Below are positions 24,688-36,534 of a DNA stretch of 64,000 nucleotides, one piece after another. The stretch lies in NCBI GenBank assembly GCA_016789605.1, contig JAEUQO010000284.1, forward strand, positions 8,205-72,204, given 5' to 3'. Numbering within the stretch: position 1 is the first letter of the stretch; each line of letters opens with the position of its first letter. Both the position numbers and the translations under genes were made by a program. The DNA is from Acidobacteriota bacterium. Its GTDB lineage: Bacteria > Acidobacteriota > Blastocatellia > RBC074. The notes under the pieces are model-generated. The model was given only the letters and a program-made list of their open reading frames with translations, had not been told where the DNA came from and made no database searches.

Positions 24688-27459
24688 TTATAAAGCTTCG
24701 ATCATCGCTTTCAGCTTGGCGATTTGATCTTGTAACTCTGTCGCGCGCTCACGGGTCTGCTGCACAACATCGGCGGCAGCGCGCGCGGCAAAATCGGGAT
24801 TGGCCAGCCGTTTCTGAATGCCGTCAAACTCTTTGTTGAGTTTTTCCAGCGTTTGCTGCAAGCGTGCGCGCTCTTTGTCGAAATCAATCAATCCGGCCAA
24901 CGGCACCGCGATTTCAGCCTGTGGCAAGACCGTACGCGCCAGCCCTGGCTGGGCCGCGATGGCATCCACCAATTGCAAATCGTTGATGCGCGCCAACCGT
25001 TTGATGTGTTCCGCCATGCTCGTCAGCACGTCACGCGCGGTAATGTCAGCCGGTGCGATTTGCGCCGCCAACTGCACCGAAGGCGCAATGTTGAACGTGG
25101 AACGCAGGTTCCGCAGCTTGCTGATAACTTCGATCACCAACGACATTTCGCGCTCCGCACGTCCGTCGAGTTGCGCGGAATTGTGCGCCACAAAGTCCGC
25201 CGTGCTGATGGTTTCGCCCTTGTGCGGCAGCTTTTGCCACAGCTCTTCGGTCAGATAAGGCATCAGTGGATGCAACAACCGCAAACTGCGTTCGAGCACG
25301 TAAATGATGCGCCGCTTGACCGCCCGGTCGCGGTCGGTTGGTTCTTTGGCCGTCACAAACGGTTTCGACAGCTCAATGTACCAATCGCAGAAATCATTCC
25401 AGAAGAAGTGATAGAGCGTGTCTGCCGCTTCGTGAAAGCGGTATTCGCCCAACGCATTGTGCACATCCAGCGCGATGCGGTTCAGGCGGCTCAGAATCCA
25501 CAGATCGGCCAGTTCGGGCGGCGACAAATGCGTTTCCCATGACAGCGGCTCTTGCTCTTCGAGCACATCATCGCAATTGAGCAAAACAAAACGCGTCGCG
25601 TTCCAAATCTTGTTGGCGAAATTGCGCGCGGTTTCCAGCTTCGATTCCTGCAAGGAAAGCGTCAGCCCCGCCGTCGAAGCCGCCGTCAGCGCAAAGCGTG
25701 CCGCATCGGTGCCGTATTTGTCGAAGACTTCCAGCGGGTCAATCACGTTGCCCTTCGATTTCGACATTTTCTGGCCTTCGGGATCGAGCACCAGCGCGTT
25801 GATATAGACCGTGCGGAACGGGACTTCGCCCATGAATTTCAGGCCCATCATCATCATGCGCGCCACCCAGAAAAAGATGATGTCAAAAGCCGTCACCAGC
25901 ACGTCAGTCGGATAGTAACGTTGCAAATCTTCGGTTTGCGCCGGCCAGCCGAGCGTCGAAAACGGCCATAACTGTGACGAAAACCAGGTGTCGAGCACGT
26001 CTTCGTCTTCGGTCAGCGTCACGGTCGGATCAATGCCTTTGGCTTTCAGCCGTTCGCGCGCTTCCTGTTCATCGCGCGCCACCACGATGTCACCATCGGG
26101 TGTGTACCAGGCTGGAATGCGATGGCCCCACCACAATTGCCGCGAAATGCACCAATCCTGGATGTTTTCCAGCCAGTTAAAATAAATCTTGGTGGTGCTT
26201 TCAGGCACAAATTTGGTTTTGCCTTCGCGGACGGCGGCGATGGCCGGTTCGGCCAGTTCCTTCATGCGCATGAACCATTGCGTCGAAAGCAATGGTTCAA
26301 CGACCGTGCCGCTGCGCTGACAATGGCCCACGTTGTGCGTGTAATCATCCACGCGCAAGAGCAAGCCCAGCGCTTCCAGATCGGCCACAACCTGCTTGCG
26401 CGCTTCGTACCGATCCAGCCCGCGATATTTTTCGGGAGCGAGATCAGTGATCCTGGCGTCTTTGCCGATGACCGGTAGAAATTCCAGATTGTGTCGTTTG
26501 CCCATCGCAAAATCGTTGGGATCGTGCGCTGGGGTAACTTTGACAAATCCGGTACCAAAATCCTTTTCCACCACTTCGTCCTGAATGAACGGCAGCGCGC
26601 GTCCCACCAAAGGCAACACCGCCGTTTGCCCGTTGATGGCGGAATATCGTCCGGCGGTCGTCGCGTCTTCCGGATTCATGGCAATAGCCGTATCGCCCAA
26701 CATCGTTTCAGGGCGTGTGGTCGCGACAACGATAAACGCACCGGCTTCGGTATTGAGCAAACCGTTTTTCTGTTCGCCTTCGTTCGCGGCGGCATAGGCT
26801 TCCGCCAATCCTGCCACCGGGGCAGACAACTCACGCCCAATCGGATAGGCAATGTGATAGAGCTTGCCTTTGACCTGCTTCATTTCGACTTCGAGGTCGG
26901 AAATGGCGGTTTGCAAACCGGGCGACCAGTTGATCATGTATTCGCCGCGATAGATCAAACCTTCGTCATAAAGCCGGACGAAAACCTCTTTGACGGCATT
27001 CGACAATCCGTCATCCATCGTGAACCGTTCGCGCGACCAATCCACCGAATCGCCCACAATACGCATCTGTTTTTGAATCGTGCCGCCAGAATGCTCTTTC
27101 CATTCCCAGACGCGTTCGACAAATTTTTCGCGGCCCATATCTCGACGATTGATGCCGTCTTTGGCCAATTGCCGTTCCACGACCATTTGCGTGGCGATAC
27201 CCGCGTGATCAGTGCCGGGCAACCACAACACACGGTCGCCCGCCATACGCCGCCAGCGCGCCAATACGTCTTGTAACGTATGGTTGAGCGCATGCCCCAT
27301 GTGCAAATAGCCCGTCACGTTCGGCGGGGGAATAACCATGGAGAAAACTTTGGCTTTGGTGTTTGTGTTCGCTTCGGGGCGAAAGAATCCGCTGTTTTCC
27401 CAGAAGGGATACCAACGTCCTTCCACGTCTTTTGGCTCGTATGCTTTTGGGATTTCCAT
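24688..27459 (-). CDS. valS: valine--tRNA ligase
   Basis: HIGH motif ([14 protein letters not shown]), KMSKSKGN, and the C-terminal coiled coil. Confidence 0.95.
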   Translation of the reverse strand: MEIPKAYEPKDVEGRWYPFWENSGFFRPEANTNTKAKVFSMVIPPPNVTGYLHMGHALNHTLQDVLARWRRMAGDRVLWLPGTDHAGIATQMVVERQLAKDGINRRDMGREKFVERVWEWKEHSGGTIQKQMRIVGDSVDWSRERFTMDDGLSNAVKEVFVRLYDEGLIYRGEYMINWSPGLQTAISDLEVEMKQVKGKLYHIAYPIGRELSAPVAGLAEAYAAANEGEQKNGLLNTEAGAFIVVATTRPETMLGDTAIAMNPEDATTAGRYSAINGQTAVLPLVGRALPFIQDEVVEKDFGTGFVKVTPAHDPNDFAMGKRHNLEFLPVIGKDARITDLAPEKYRGLDRYEARKQVVADLEALGLLLRVDDYTHNVGHCQRSGTVVEPLLSTQWFMRMKELAEPAIAAVREGKTKFVPESTTKIYFNWLENIQDWCISRQLWWGHRIPAWYTPDGDIVVARDEQEARERLKAKGIDPTVTLTEDEDVLDTWFSSQLWPFSTLGWPAQTEDLQRYYPTDVLVTAFDIIFFWVARMMMMGLKFMGEVPFRTVYINALVLDPEGQKMSKSKGNVIDPLEVFDKYGTDAARFALTAASTAGLTLSLQESKLETARNFANKIWNATRFVLLNCDDVLEEQEPLSWETHLSPPELADLWILSRLNRIALDVHNALGEYRFHEAADTLYHFFWNDFCDWYIELSKPFVTAKEPTDRDRAVKRRIIYVLERSLRLLHPLMPYLTEELWQKLPHKGETISTADFVAHNSAQLDGRAEREMSLVIEVISKLRNLRSTFNIAPSVQLAAQIAPADITARDVLTSMAEHIKRLARINDLQLVDAIAAQPGLARTVLPQAEIAVPLAGLIDFDKERARLQQTLEKLNKEFDGIQKRLANPDFAARAAADVVQQTRERATELQDQIAKLKAMIEAL

Positions 27460-27492
27460 ATCGGTTTAATCGGTCGGCAATAGTCGAATGTC

Positions 27493-27539
27493 AGTCATGT
27501 GAGTTGATCGCTTAGTATGGGCGATCAACTCACAACTGA
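27493..27539 (-). promoter_or_regulatory. strong stem-loop in the valS 5' leader / response-regulator 3' end
   Basis: GTCAGT..GTGAGTTGATCGC-loop(9)-GCGATCAACTCAC.ACTGAC gives a 6+13 bp stem with two single-nt bulges. There is no following T-tract on either strand. Confidence 0.35.
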
Positions 27540-27579
27540 CAACCGGCAAAGTTTGTGTACGTGATTTCGTAGAGGAGGC

Positions 27580-28722
27580 TCAAATCTCGTCGAGATCGAG
27601 CAGCGAGTCTGGCTCGGTATATACAGGTACTCGCTCGGCAAGGTGTTGTTGTTTGACCAGTTCGGCGACTTCAGGCGCCAGGCGGCGGGTCAATTCCGCA
27701 CTCAGTTTTTGAGACAGCGTGTCTGACAACTGGGCGACCACACGGCTCACAATCTCATCAATCACATCGGGCGAGAGCGTAAGTTGTGCGGCAGGTTGTG
27801 GCGCAGCGCTGGCCTCCGATGCAACCACGGCGGGCGCTTCTTCAACCAGACTTTCGGCCACCACCACAGTTTCAACCGCAACCGGAGCTGATTCATTCAC
27901 AACAGAAACGGGCTCACTCGGCGCTGGTGCGGGCGGCGTCCAGGGCGCTGGCAGCACATCATCCAGGTCAAGCACATGATCCCATTCATCTGCCGCTAAA
28001 CTTTGCGGGACAACGGCGGCCACAACGGGAACCACGGGCGCAACAGCAGCGTGACTAACCACGACCGGCTCCGGTTCAGGAGCAGGCGCGGCGACAACCA
28101 CAGGGCCCGGCTCAGGAACGACAACAGGTTCCGGTTCAGCAATAACAATCGGCTCGGGTTCAGGGACAGCGATCGGCGCAGGTTCAGTCGCAGCAGTCGG
28201 CAACACTTGCGCCAGGTCAGGTAAAGGTTCCGTGGTATCAACTGCAACGGGCGGCGCCAATTCTGCTGTCGGTTGCATGCTGGGTGGCACACGCGGCGGT
28301 TCGGGCGCAGCAGGTGCCGCAGTGGCAAGCGAGCCAGACGGTTTGGGCGCGCCCGGTTCAAGCAACCCTTTCACCGTAGCGATCAGTGTACGAATGGATT
28401 GGAACGGTTTGGTCAGATGCTGGTCTGCGCCGACACGGCGGGCGCGTTCTTCATCAAAGGGTTCAAAAGCCGGCACCAATAACACCACCGGCGTATTTTT
28501 CATTTCGGGGTGATTTTTGACGAATTCGCAAATTTCGTAACCACTTTTGCCGGGAATGGAAACATCCGCCATCACCAGAGCTGGCCGCATGTATTGCAGA
28601 CGCGAAATGGCTTCATCGCCATTGTTCACCGTCGAAACATCAACACCTTCATCTGAAAAAGTTAGCGTGATGATCTTTTGCACTGTCACGCTGTCGTCAG
28701 CGAGCAGGATTTTGTAGCCCAC
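27580..28722 (-). CDS. response regulator receiver (CheY-like REC) protein with long Pro/Ala/Glu/Val-rich repeat linker and unknown C-terminal domain
   Basis: GTG start at 28722 with a GGAGG Shine-Dalgarno. REC motifs LLADDS (acidic pocket), the phospho-acceptor D in [11 protein letters not shown], and K in HLTKPF. No adjacent histidine kinase. Confidence 0.8.
   Translation of the reverse strand: MGYKILLADDSVTVQKIITLTFSDEGVDVSTVNNGDEAISRLQYMRPALVMADVSIPGKSGYEICEFVKNHPEMKNTPVVLLVPAFEPFDEERARRVGADQHLTKPFQSIRTLIATVKGLLEPGAPKPSGSLATAAPAAPEPPRVPPSMQPTAELAPPVAVDTTEPLPDLAQVLPTAATEPAPIAVPEPEPIVIAEPEPVVVPEPGPVVVAAPAPEPEPVVVSHAAVAPVVPVVAAVVPQSLAADEWDHVLDLDDVLPAPWTPPAPAPSEPVSVVNESAPVAVETVVVAESLVEEAPAVVASEASAAPQPAAQLTLSPDVIDEIVSRVVAQLSDTLSQKLSAELTRRLAPEVAELVKQQHLAERVPVYTEPDSLLDLDEI
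27890..28330. repeat. degenerate short tandem repeats (PEPEP/PVVV-type linker coding)
   Basis: Reiterated GGTTCAGG/GGCTCGGG-type units within the response-regulator CDS. Confidence 0.5.
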
Positions 28723-28778
28723 GAGAACCTCCGAAACAATTGAGTCACCGGCACGGGAATCAAATACGCGCTGTCTTT

Positions 28779-28827
28779 TATCACAAAAACACAAAGAACA
28801 CGAAGAGTTTACTGACTCTTCGTGTTC
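28779..28827 (-). terminator. rho-independent terminator after the bamD-like gene
   Basis: 12 bp perfect stem GAACACGAAGAG (28796-28807) / CTCTTCGTGTTC (28816-28827). The minus strand is T-rich after it (the A-rich run at 28781-28795 on plus). Confidence 0.6.
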
Positions 28828-28886
28828 TTCGCACTTTTACCGAAACCGTCATTTGTGCGACGGTTGAATGCGCTGGGCGGCCGCCT

Positions 28887-30110
28887 TTAGCGGAAAAGCC
28901 CGCCCCCGCTGCTTTTCTTCTCGTTGTCTTTTTTCTCTTTTTCTTCTTTCTTCTTGTTGTTCTTCTTGTCTTTCTTCTTGTCGCTCGATTTGCCATCACC
29001 TGCGGCGGCGTCAGAGGCTTTGGCTTCTGTGCCGCTGGTTGCGCCGTTTTGCGCGGCGGGCTGTCCGTTGTTGGCGTTCGGGCTGAAAAGCGTGTTGTTG
29101 TCTATCGTCGTCTTGGTGCTGGCGCGAATCGAACGAGTGCCGGTGTTGTTGCTGGCTTCGTTCGGTTTCTTCATCGCATCTTTGACGTCTTCTTTTTCGT
29201 CGCCTTTCTTGCTCAGCAACACGCCGTCACGCGAAATGTCCAGTCCGTTGTAACCCAGAATCAACCCAAACTTGCCCATGAAGTTGGGGCGTTCCGGCGC
29301 AGGATTGTTATTGCTCGGTTCGGGCACCGGTTTGCCGAGTTTTTCCAGGTATTCCTTGCCCTTCTTGGCATATTCACTGTTCGGATAATCCCGCACCAAG
29401 CGAGTGAAGTATTCCGAAGCTTCTTCCGGCTGTTCCTGTTCAACCAGCGAAACGCCCAACAGGTAAAGTGATTCGTCGTAATAGCTGAAAAACTTGTAGT
29501 TGTTGATGATATCCCGCAACCGGCTTTCGCCCGCTTTGTACGCCTGACGGTTGTAGATATAGAACTTGGCAATATCCTGCTCGTGCAACGCCTGAACTTG
29601 TTGCACGTCTTTCAAATCGCTTTCGAGCGCCGCCCGGTTGGGCGCGTTCTGGCAGGTTTGCAGTGCCGATTTCAGTTGCTGTTCGGCCAGGCGGGCGTTG
29701 GTGATGTCGCGGTTGTAAGCCCCCATCTGGCGCATATAAGAGTGCGCAATCTTGTGTTTGACTTCGCAAATTTTGGGATGGGTCGGGAAGTATTGGGCAA
29801 AGTCTTTGTAACCGCCGATGGCTTGTTGCAAATTGGTCGTGCCGCCTTCCAGATAGAACGAATCAGCAATGGCCAGTTTGGCCAGCGGCAAATATTCGCT
29901 GTCGGCATACGTCGTAATCACAACGTTATAAAGCAGGCGGGCTTCGTCGTAGCGTCCCTTTTTGGCTTTTGAATACGCTTGCTCGTAAAGCTCTTTGTCG
30001 CGACCGGGGATCGCCGCGTTCTCATTCTTTACTTTGTCTTTCCCCCCACACGCAGCCAGGAACAACAACGACAGGGCCAACAGCAAAGCTAAACCGCTTC
30101 TTGTTTTCAT
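28887..30110 (-). CDS. bamD: BamD/YfiO-like outer-membrane-assembly lipoprotein (TPR-like) with long low-complexity C-terminal tail
   Basis: Lipobox LLFLAAC, then TPR-like repeats ([23 protein letters not shown]). The C-terminal roughly 120 aa are N/K/E/D-rich. Confidence 0.7.
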   Translation of the reverse strand: MKTRSGLALLLALSLLFLAACGGKDKVKNENAAIPGRDKELYEQAYSKAKKGRYDEARLLYNVVITTYADSEYLPLAKLAIADSFYLEGGTTNLQQAIGGYKDFAQYFPTHPKICEVKHKIAHSYMRQMGAYNRDITNARLAEQQLKSALQTCQNAPNRAALESDLKDVQQVQALHEQDIAKFYIYNRQAYKAGESRLRDIINNYKFFSYYDESLYLLGVSLVEQEQPEEASEYFTRLVRDYPNSEYAKKGKEYLEKLGKPVPEPSNNNPAPERPNFMGKFGLILGYNGLDISRDGVLLSKKGDEKEDVKDAMKKPNEASNNTGTRSIRASTKTTIDNNTLFSPNANNGQPAAQNGATSGTEAKASDAAAGDGKSSDKKKDKKNNKKKEEKEKKDNEKKSSGGGLFR

Positions 30111-30163
30111 CGTAACAACTCCTCTGGAAAACAGCGACGCAAAAGGTCTTTTGTGTCGCCTAC

Positions 30164-30844
30164 TTAAGCCACCGCCCCTCCGCGAATTGGAACGGAGGCC
30201 GCGCGAATCAACGCTTGTACCGCTTGTCCCGGATCTGGTTGGCCAAAAATAGCCGATCCGGCGACCAAAATTTCTGCTCCGGCAGCAACCACATCACCCG
30301 CCGTTTCCACGCCGATGCCGCCATCAATTTCGATTCGTACCTGTGGGTTCCGCTGCCGAATCAATTCGCGCAGACGGCGCAATTTGTCGAGCGAGGCGGA
30401 AATAAATTTTTGTCCACCAAACCCCGGATTGACCGACATCAGCAGCACGTAATTCACGTCTGCCAGAACATCTTCAATCATCGCCAGCGGCGTCGCCGGA
30501 TTGAGCACGACTCCTGCCTGACAACCGGCATCGCGAATGAAATGAACCGTGCGATGCAAATGGTAGGTCGCTTCGGGATGCACCGAGATCAGATTCGCCC
30601 CGGCCTTGGCAAACGCGCCAATGAATTTGTCCGGGTCTTCGATCATCAAGTGTGTATCAATCGGCAAGTTGGTCGCCCGACGCACCCATTCCACGATAAA
30701 TGGTCCGAGGGTGAGATTCGGAACAAAATGCCCATCCATCACATCCACATGGATATAGGAAGCGCCTGCCTGTTCGACGGCGGCGATTTGTTCTCCCAAC
30801 CGGGTAAAATCTGCCGATAAGATGGATGGTGCGATTTCGACCAT
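30164..30844 (-). CDS. rpe: ribulose-phosphate 3-epimerase
   Basis: [13 protein letters not shown] start with [14 protein letters not shown]. The ORF-track upstream extension was rejected. Confidence 0.9.
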   Translation of the reverse strand: MVEIAPSILSADFTRLGEQIAAVEQAGASYIHVDVMDGHFVPNLTLGPFIVEWVRRATNLPIDTHLMIEDPDKFIGAFAKAGANLISVHPEATYHLHRTVHFIRDAGCQAGVVLNPATPLAMIEDVLADVNYVLLMSVNPGFGGQKFISASLDKLRRLRELIRQRNPQVRIEIDGGIGVETAGDVVAAGAEILVAGSAIFGQPDPGQAVQALIRAASVPIRGGAVA

Positions 30845-30935
30845 GAACTCCGTGAGGCGGCGTGGTGTATTTCGCCGAGCGCTGCCTTTTCCGTCCTGTT
30901 GAACGCAAGAACACGAATCTCTTGCCGGACTTGAA

Positions 30936-31274
30936 TCAGTTAGTTTGTGTGGGAGATGTTCCCAAACTGACACTAACGCGCACAAATTGACCGGTTTTGA
31001 CAATCGCCCCCGGTGCGGGTGACTGGTCGCTGACGGTGTGCGCCGGAATGTTGTCATTTTGCGCACGGCCTTTGACCAGCATGCGCAACCCGGCGTCTTC
31101 TAACGCCTCAGCCGCATCTGTTTCCGTTTTGCCCACGACATTCGGGACCTCAACCGTGCTCCCACGCATCAGGAAATAAACCACGCCAAATGCGCTCAGT
31201 GAAAAGACGCCAACCAGCAAAGCCACCATAACCAGGCGTTGCAGCAGGCTCTGTTCATCGCGTGAAGATAGCAA
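30936..31274 (-). CDS. PASTA-domain-containing membrane protein
   Basis: N-terminal TM helix, then a single PASTA-like domain ([23 protein letters not shown]...). Confidence 0.6.
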   Translation of the reverse strand: MLSSRDEQSLLQRLVMVALLVGVFSLSAFGVVYFLMRGSTVEVPNVVGKTETDAAEALEDAGLRMLVKGRAQNDNIPAHTVSDQSPAPGAIVKTGQFVRVSVSLGTSPTQTN

Positions 31275-31552
31275 TCGTGATGTCCTCTCATACGGGCCGC
31301 ACTGGCGCTCAGCGCCAGACTGGCCAATCTAGGCATTCATTGCCAAGCCATACCGCAGCGCCTTCCGGCAAACTGCTGAACCATTCAAAAAACAAGGGAG
31401 TTTGCGGAAGCGTTGCGTAGCCTGAACAAAATGGAGTCGGGTTTAGAAAATCAGGCGGCGGAGTGTATCACCACCGCGCGCGGGCTTTCAACTTCAGGTG
31501 ACACGGCGCGCAAAGCCAGAAACGCCCCACGGAAACCGCAGGGCGTCAGAAA

Positions 31553-32037
31553 TCATTCTTCGTCGTGAATGGTGGACAGCTTGACGATTTCGAAGTTGCG
31601 CACGCCGTTGGGCGTCTGCACTTTCACTTCGTCGCCTTCTTCCTTATTAAGCAAGCTGCGGCCAATCGGTGAGGAGGTGGAAATCAGGCCTTTTTCGTAA
31701 TCGGCTTCTTCGGGCGTCACCAACCGATAGGTGACTTCTTCGTCGCGATCCAGGTCGCGCAACACCAGCGTCGAACCATACGAAGCGCGACCGTGCGGCA
31801 ATTTGGACAAATCCAGGCTCGACAATTTGGCCAATTGCTGTTGCAATTGGCGGACGCGTGCGCGCACATAATCTTGTCGTTCACGCGCATATTTGTATTC
31901 GGAGTTTTCCGACAAATCTCCGAGCGCCGCCGCCGTCCGTAACGCTTTGGGCAATTCGACGGTCAATTCGTATTCCAGCGTCTTCAACTCAGCAAGAATT
32001 TTTTCTTTTCCTGAAAGCTCTTTTTCTTCACTCACAA
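31553..32037 (-). CDS. greA: transcription elongation factor GreA
   Basis: GreA coiled-coil plus the FKBP-like C-terminal domain ([22 protein letters not shown]). GTG start at 32037 with an AAAGGA Shine-Dalgarno 8 nt upstream. Confidence 0.85.
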
Positions 32038-32147
32038 TGGTTAATCCTTTCACGCAAGCTGGGATATGACCAATACGGCCGATGGCCATCAGGTTGTTTC
32101 CCTTGTTCGGCTTGCCTGTCTTGCCAGTCTTGATTTTGATTGAACTC

Positions 32148-32203
32148 AAAAAATACGACTGCCGCAGTCTCGGTCTCTCTGAGAAGATCGGGCTGCGGCA
32201 GCC
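32148..32203 (-). terminator. probable intrinsic terminator after mdh
   Basis: 9 bp stem CTGCCGCAG (32159-32167) / CTGCGGCAG (32193-32201) with a 25 nt loop. On the minus strand it is followed by TCGTATTTTTT. Confidence 0.5.
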
Positions 32204-32277
32204 AAAGCGGAAACTAGCACATTTCAGGACGCGCTTTCAATCGGGATATTTTTAAGCAATCCCGCCTTCAGCGACGC

Positions 32278-33216
<939 letters not shown>

Positions 33217-33314
33217 TTAAATCCTTGAACCTGAATCTTTTAGGCCAGTTGCACGGTTACACGCCGAACTGACAGTTCGCCAGTCTTGAGGCGTAACCGT
33301 GCGAATAAATGTCC

Positions 33315-34556
33315 TTACATGTTTGCGATGATCACGTCTGCAAATTCGCTGGTTTTGACCTTGGTCGCGCCTTCCATCTGGCGTTCCAGGTCATACGTGA
33401 CTTTCTTTTGTTCGATGGCTTTGACGATGCCTTGAATGACCAGATCGGCGGCTTCCTGCCAGCCCATGTGTTCGAACATCATCACGCCCGACAACATCAC
33501 CGAACCAGGATTGATGACGTCCTTGTCGGCGTATTTCGGCGCGGTACCGTGTGTGGCTTCGAACACAGCGGCGTTGTCGCCGATGTTCGCGCCGGGCGCC
33601 AAGCCCAAACCGCCGACTTCGGCAGCGCAGGCGTCAGACAAATAGTCGCCATTCAAATTGGGCGTGGCGATGACCGAATATTCGTCAGGCCGCAACAAAA
33701 TCTGCTGGAACATCGCGTCGGCAATACGGTCGTTGATCAGGATTTTGCCTTCCGGCATTTGTCCGTTGTGATCTTTCCAGAGTTCGTCTTCGGTGACGAT
33801 ATGGTCGCGGAATTCTTCTTTCGCCAATTGATAGCCCCAATCACGAAATGCGCCTTCGGTGTATTTCATGATGTTGCCTTTGTGCACCAGCGTTACGACT
33901 TTACGCTTGTGTTCGATGGCATAACGAATCGCGCGCCGCACCAGATTCTTGGTGCCGGTGATCGAAATCGGCTTGATGCCGATGCCGGAATCTTCGTTGA
34001 TCTGGAAGCCGAAATCGCTCAGAAATTCGATCAGCTTTTTCGCCTTGTCCGAGCCCTCGGAAAATTCGATCCCCGCATAAACGTCTTCGGTGTTTTCGCG
34101 GAAGATCACCACATCGAGTTTTTCAGGGTGTTTGACCGGCGCGGGCACGCCGTTGAAATAACGCACCGGGCGCACACAGGCATACAGGTCGAGCACCTGA
34201 CGCAAGGTCACGTTCAGCGAACGAATGCCGCCGCCGACAGGCGTGGTCAGTGGCCCTTTGATGGCCACGACGAAATGTTGAATGGCGTCGAGCGTGCCTT
34301 TGGGCAGCCACTCGTTGAATTTGTTAAAGGCTTTTTCGCCGGCGAAGACTTCGTACCATGCCACCCGGCGTTTTCCGCCATAGGCTTTCTCTACCGCAGC
34401 ATCAAATACGCGCACAGAAGCTCGCCAAATATCGCGGCCCGTACCGTCGCCTTCGATAAAGGGGATAATCGGATTGTCGGGGACCACCAGTGCGCCGTTT
34501 TGCACGCGAATGGGCTGACCGTCTTCGGGCGTCGGAATTCCATTGAAAACAGGCAT
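33315..34556 (-). CDS. icd: isocitrate dehydrogenase (NADP+), dimeric type
   Basis: ATG complement at 34554-34556 (MPVFNGIP) with a CAGGAGA Shine-Dalgarno. The Icd motifs [19 protein letters not shown] are present. The ORF-track 5' extension was rejected. Confidence 0.95.
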   Translation of the reverse strand: MPVFNGIPTPEDGQPIRVQNGALVVPDNPIIPFIEGDGTGRDIWRASVRVFDAAVEKAYGGKRRVAWYEVFAGEKAFNKFNEWLPKGTLDAIQHFVVAIKGPLTTPVGGGIRSLNVTLRQVLDLYACVRPVRYFNGVPAPVKHPEKLDVVIFRENTEDVYAGIEFSEGSDKAKKLIEFLSDFGFQINEDSGIGIKPISITGTKNLVRRAIRYAIEHKRKVVTLVHKGNIMKYTEGAFRDWGYQLAKEEFRDHIVTEDELWKDHNGQMPEGKILINDRIADAMFQQILLRPDEYSVIATPNLNGDYLSDACAAEVGGLGLAPGANIGDNAAVFEATHGTAPKYADKDVINPGSVMLSGVMMFEHMGWQEAADLVIQGIVKAIEQKKVTYDLERQMEGATKVKTSEFADVIIANM

Positions 34557-34914
34557 AAGGACAAATCTCCTGATCTGGGATTGATCTCCCGCTGGCGTCT
34601 TGCGCAATGCTTCAGCGTTATGCCACAACACTTGCGAAATCCAGGTGCTGTGTCGCTCAAGAGTCGTCGTTGCGTACGCTGCCGGAAGGCAACCACACGC
34701 GAAGCGCGCGGGCAGCGCACGAGGCGCAACTGATAAGAGCAGTAAATAGAGCAGGCAATCAACTGTGCGGAAGGCTAGCGAGTCTAGCAACCGGACTTCC
34801 GCACTGTCAAGGTTTTGCCCTTGCCAGCAAGCGTTGTCCTGACGCGCGTTGACAAGCATTTGCGCACGGGCCGCCAATGCCGTAGTCGCACCGAAAGTGC
34901 TATAGTCTGCGGCG

Positions 34915-36444
34915 ATGACACCGTCTGAAACTCTCAATGACTATCAACAAAGGCTGAACGAATTTCGTCAGGCACGCGACACCAATTCGCTGACTTCTGA
35001 CGTGGTGCATCCCCTGGCGCATCAGACCGCCGCAACCCTGTTCGATGAATGTCGCCAGAATCTCGCCCCATCACGCGCGGCCGTGACCTTGCTTTGTGAA
35101 ATTGCGGCGTTGCCAGACCAGAACCTGGCAATCGCAGGCGTTCAGGCACTGTTTCCCGAATTGATCGAACGCTTAAACGACTCGTTTGCGCTGGCAGCCG
35201 GTGAACAATACGACCGCATTTTTGCGCACGTGATCGAGTTTCACCGACAGTTACCGGCTGGCCAGGCCCTGGATAACGCGCTCAAACAATTCGGGCTGAC
35301 CGATGAAACAGCACTGCTGACGCGCAAGGCTCGGTTACGCACACCACGCCGCCCGGCTCCCGCTGAATTTTCACAGGTCAAAAAAGTCTTGCTGCCGTCG
35401 CGCGTCACGCTGGGCGCGGACATCGCCGTAACCAGTCCGCTCATCGCCAAGATGCGCGACGCCTTGCCCGAAGCCGAATTCGTCTGGCTTGGTTCCGCCA
35501 AATTGCGCGAACTGTTTGGCGGTGAAGATCGCATGCGCGTGCGCGAAATTCGTTACGAACGCGGCGGCACAGTGTTGTCTAGGCTGTTGAGCTGGCTGGA
35601 TGTGCGCGCGCTGGTGAACGACGAACTAACGGGTTTTGCGCCAGAGGAATGTTGGGTGATAGATGCCGATTCGCGATTGACGCAATTGGGTTTGCTGCCG
35701 CTGGTGGCCGAAGATCGCAATTACTTTTTCTTTGAAAGCCGCAGTTTCCGTGCGCCTGAAGCGACGCATTTGGGGCAACTGGCGGTGCGCTGGCTGGATG
35801 AATTGCTGGGCGAAGACGGCGAGTTTTTCCCCTTTGTTGCCTTGCCCGCGCCAGAACAGGATTTTGGTCATACGGTCGCCGCAAAATTGCGCCGCAAACG
35901 ACCAGCGCCTTACTTGATTGCGCTCAGTTTGGGCGTCGGCGGAAACGCGCAAAAACGCGTTTCGGACAAATTCGAATCAGAGCTGATCCAGCACCTCAGC
36001 CAGGAAGCGATTCTGATTCTGGACAAAGGCGCCAGCGAAGCCGAGCGTGAACAGATCAATCGCCTTGTCGCAGAACTTCGCCAGGCAGGCAAAACCATCG
36101 TTGAATTGAATCAGAAAAATGCCGATGAATGGTTGCAACAGGATTCGCTCCAGGCAGATGTTCTGACCTGGGAGGGCGGCATTGGCGCGTTTGCCTCGCT
36201 GATTGCCGCCAGCGATGAATATGTCGGCTATGACTCTGCCGGACAACACATTGCCGCTGCCCTGGGCGTGCCGACGCTGACGGTTTTTGTGAATGCCAAC
36301 ACGCCGACTTTTGCTGAGCGTTGGCGGCCTTACGGCTCTGGCCGCCGCGAAGTCGTGCTGGTGCCAGCCGAAACCGCCGCCGCCGAACAAGACGCGATTT
36401 TGGCCAAGACGTTGGTGCGCCACAGACGCTTGCGCGAACGATAG
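34915..36444 (+). CDS. GT9-family (heptosyltransferase-like) glycosyltransferase with unknown N-terminal domain
   Basis: The C-terminus carries the GT9 signature region [23 protein letters not shown]. The first 150-200 aa have no recognisable family. Confidence 0.65.
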   Translation: MTPSETLNDYQQRLNEFRQARDTNSLTSDVVHPLAHQTAATLFDECRQNLAPSRAAVTLLCEIAALPDQNLAIAGVQALFPELIERLNDSFALAAGEQYDRIFAHVIEFHRQLPAGQALDNALKQFGLTDETALLTRKARLRTPRRPAPAEFSQVKKVLLPSRVTLGADIAVTSPLIAKMRDALPEAEFVWLGSAKLRELFGGEDRMRVREIRYERGGTVLSRLLSWLDVRALVNDELTGFAPEECWVIDADSRLTQLGLLPLVAEDRNYFFFESRSFRAPEATHLGQLAVRWLDELLGEDGEFFPFVALPAPEQDFGHTVAAKLRRKRPAPYLIALSLGVGGNAQKRVSDKFESELIQHLSQEAILILDKGASEAEREQINRLVAELRQAGKTIVELNQKNADEWLQQDSLQADVLTWEGGIGAFASLIAASDEYVGYDSAGQHIAAALGVPTLTVFVNANTPTFAERWRPYGSGRREVVLVPAETAAAEQDAILAKTLVRHRRLRER

Positions 36445-36473
36445 CATCTGACCAATCCAACCAACTTTCCGGG

Positions 36474-36521
36474 CAAAAAAATCAGGGGGCGCAAATTCGA
36501 ATTTGCGCCCCCTGATTTTTG
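36474..36521. terminator. bidirectional intrinsic terminator (46 bp perfect palindrome) between convergent genes
   Basis: AAAAATCAGGGGGCGCAAATTC|GAATTTGCGCCCCCTGATTTTT, with an A-run on one side and a T-run on the other. Confidence 0.8.
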
Positions 36522-36534
36522 TTTGGACAAGCGT

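Noticed and set aside
33309-34733. 474 aa plus-strand ORF
   Set aside because: Antisense to icd, which has unambiguous Icd motifs.
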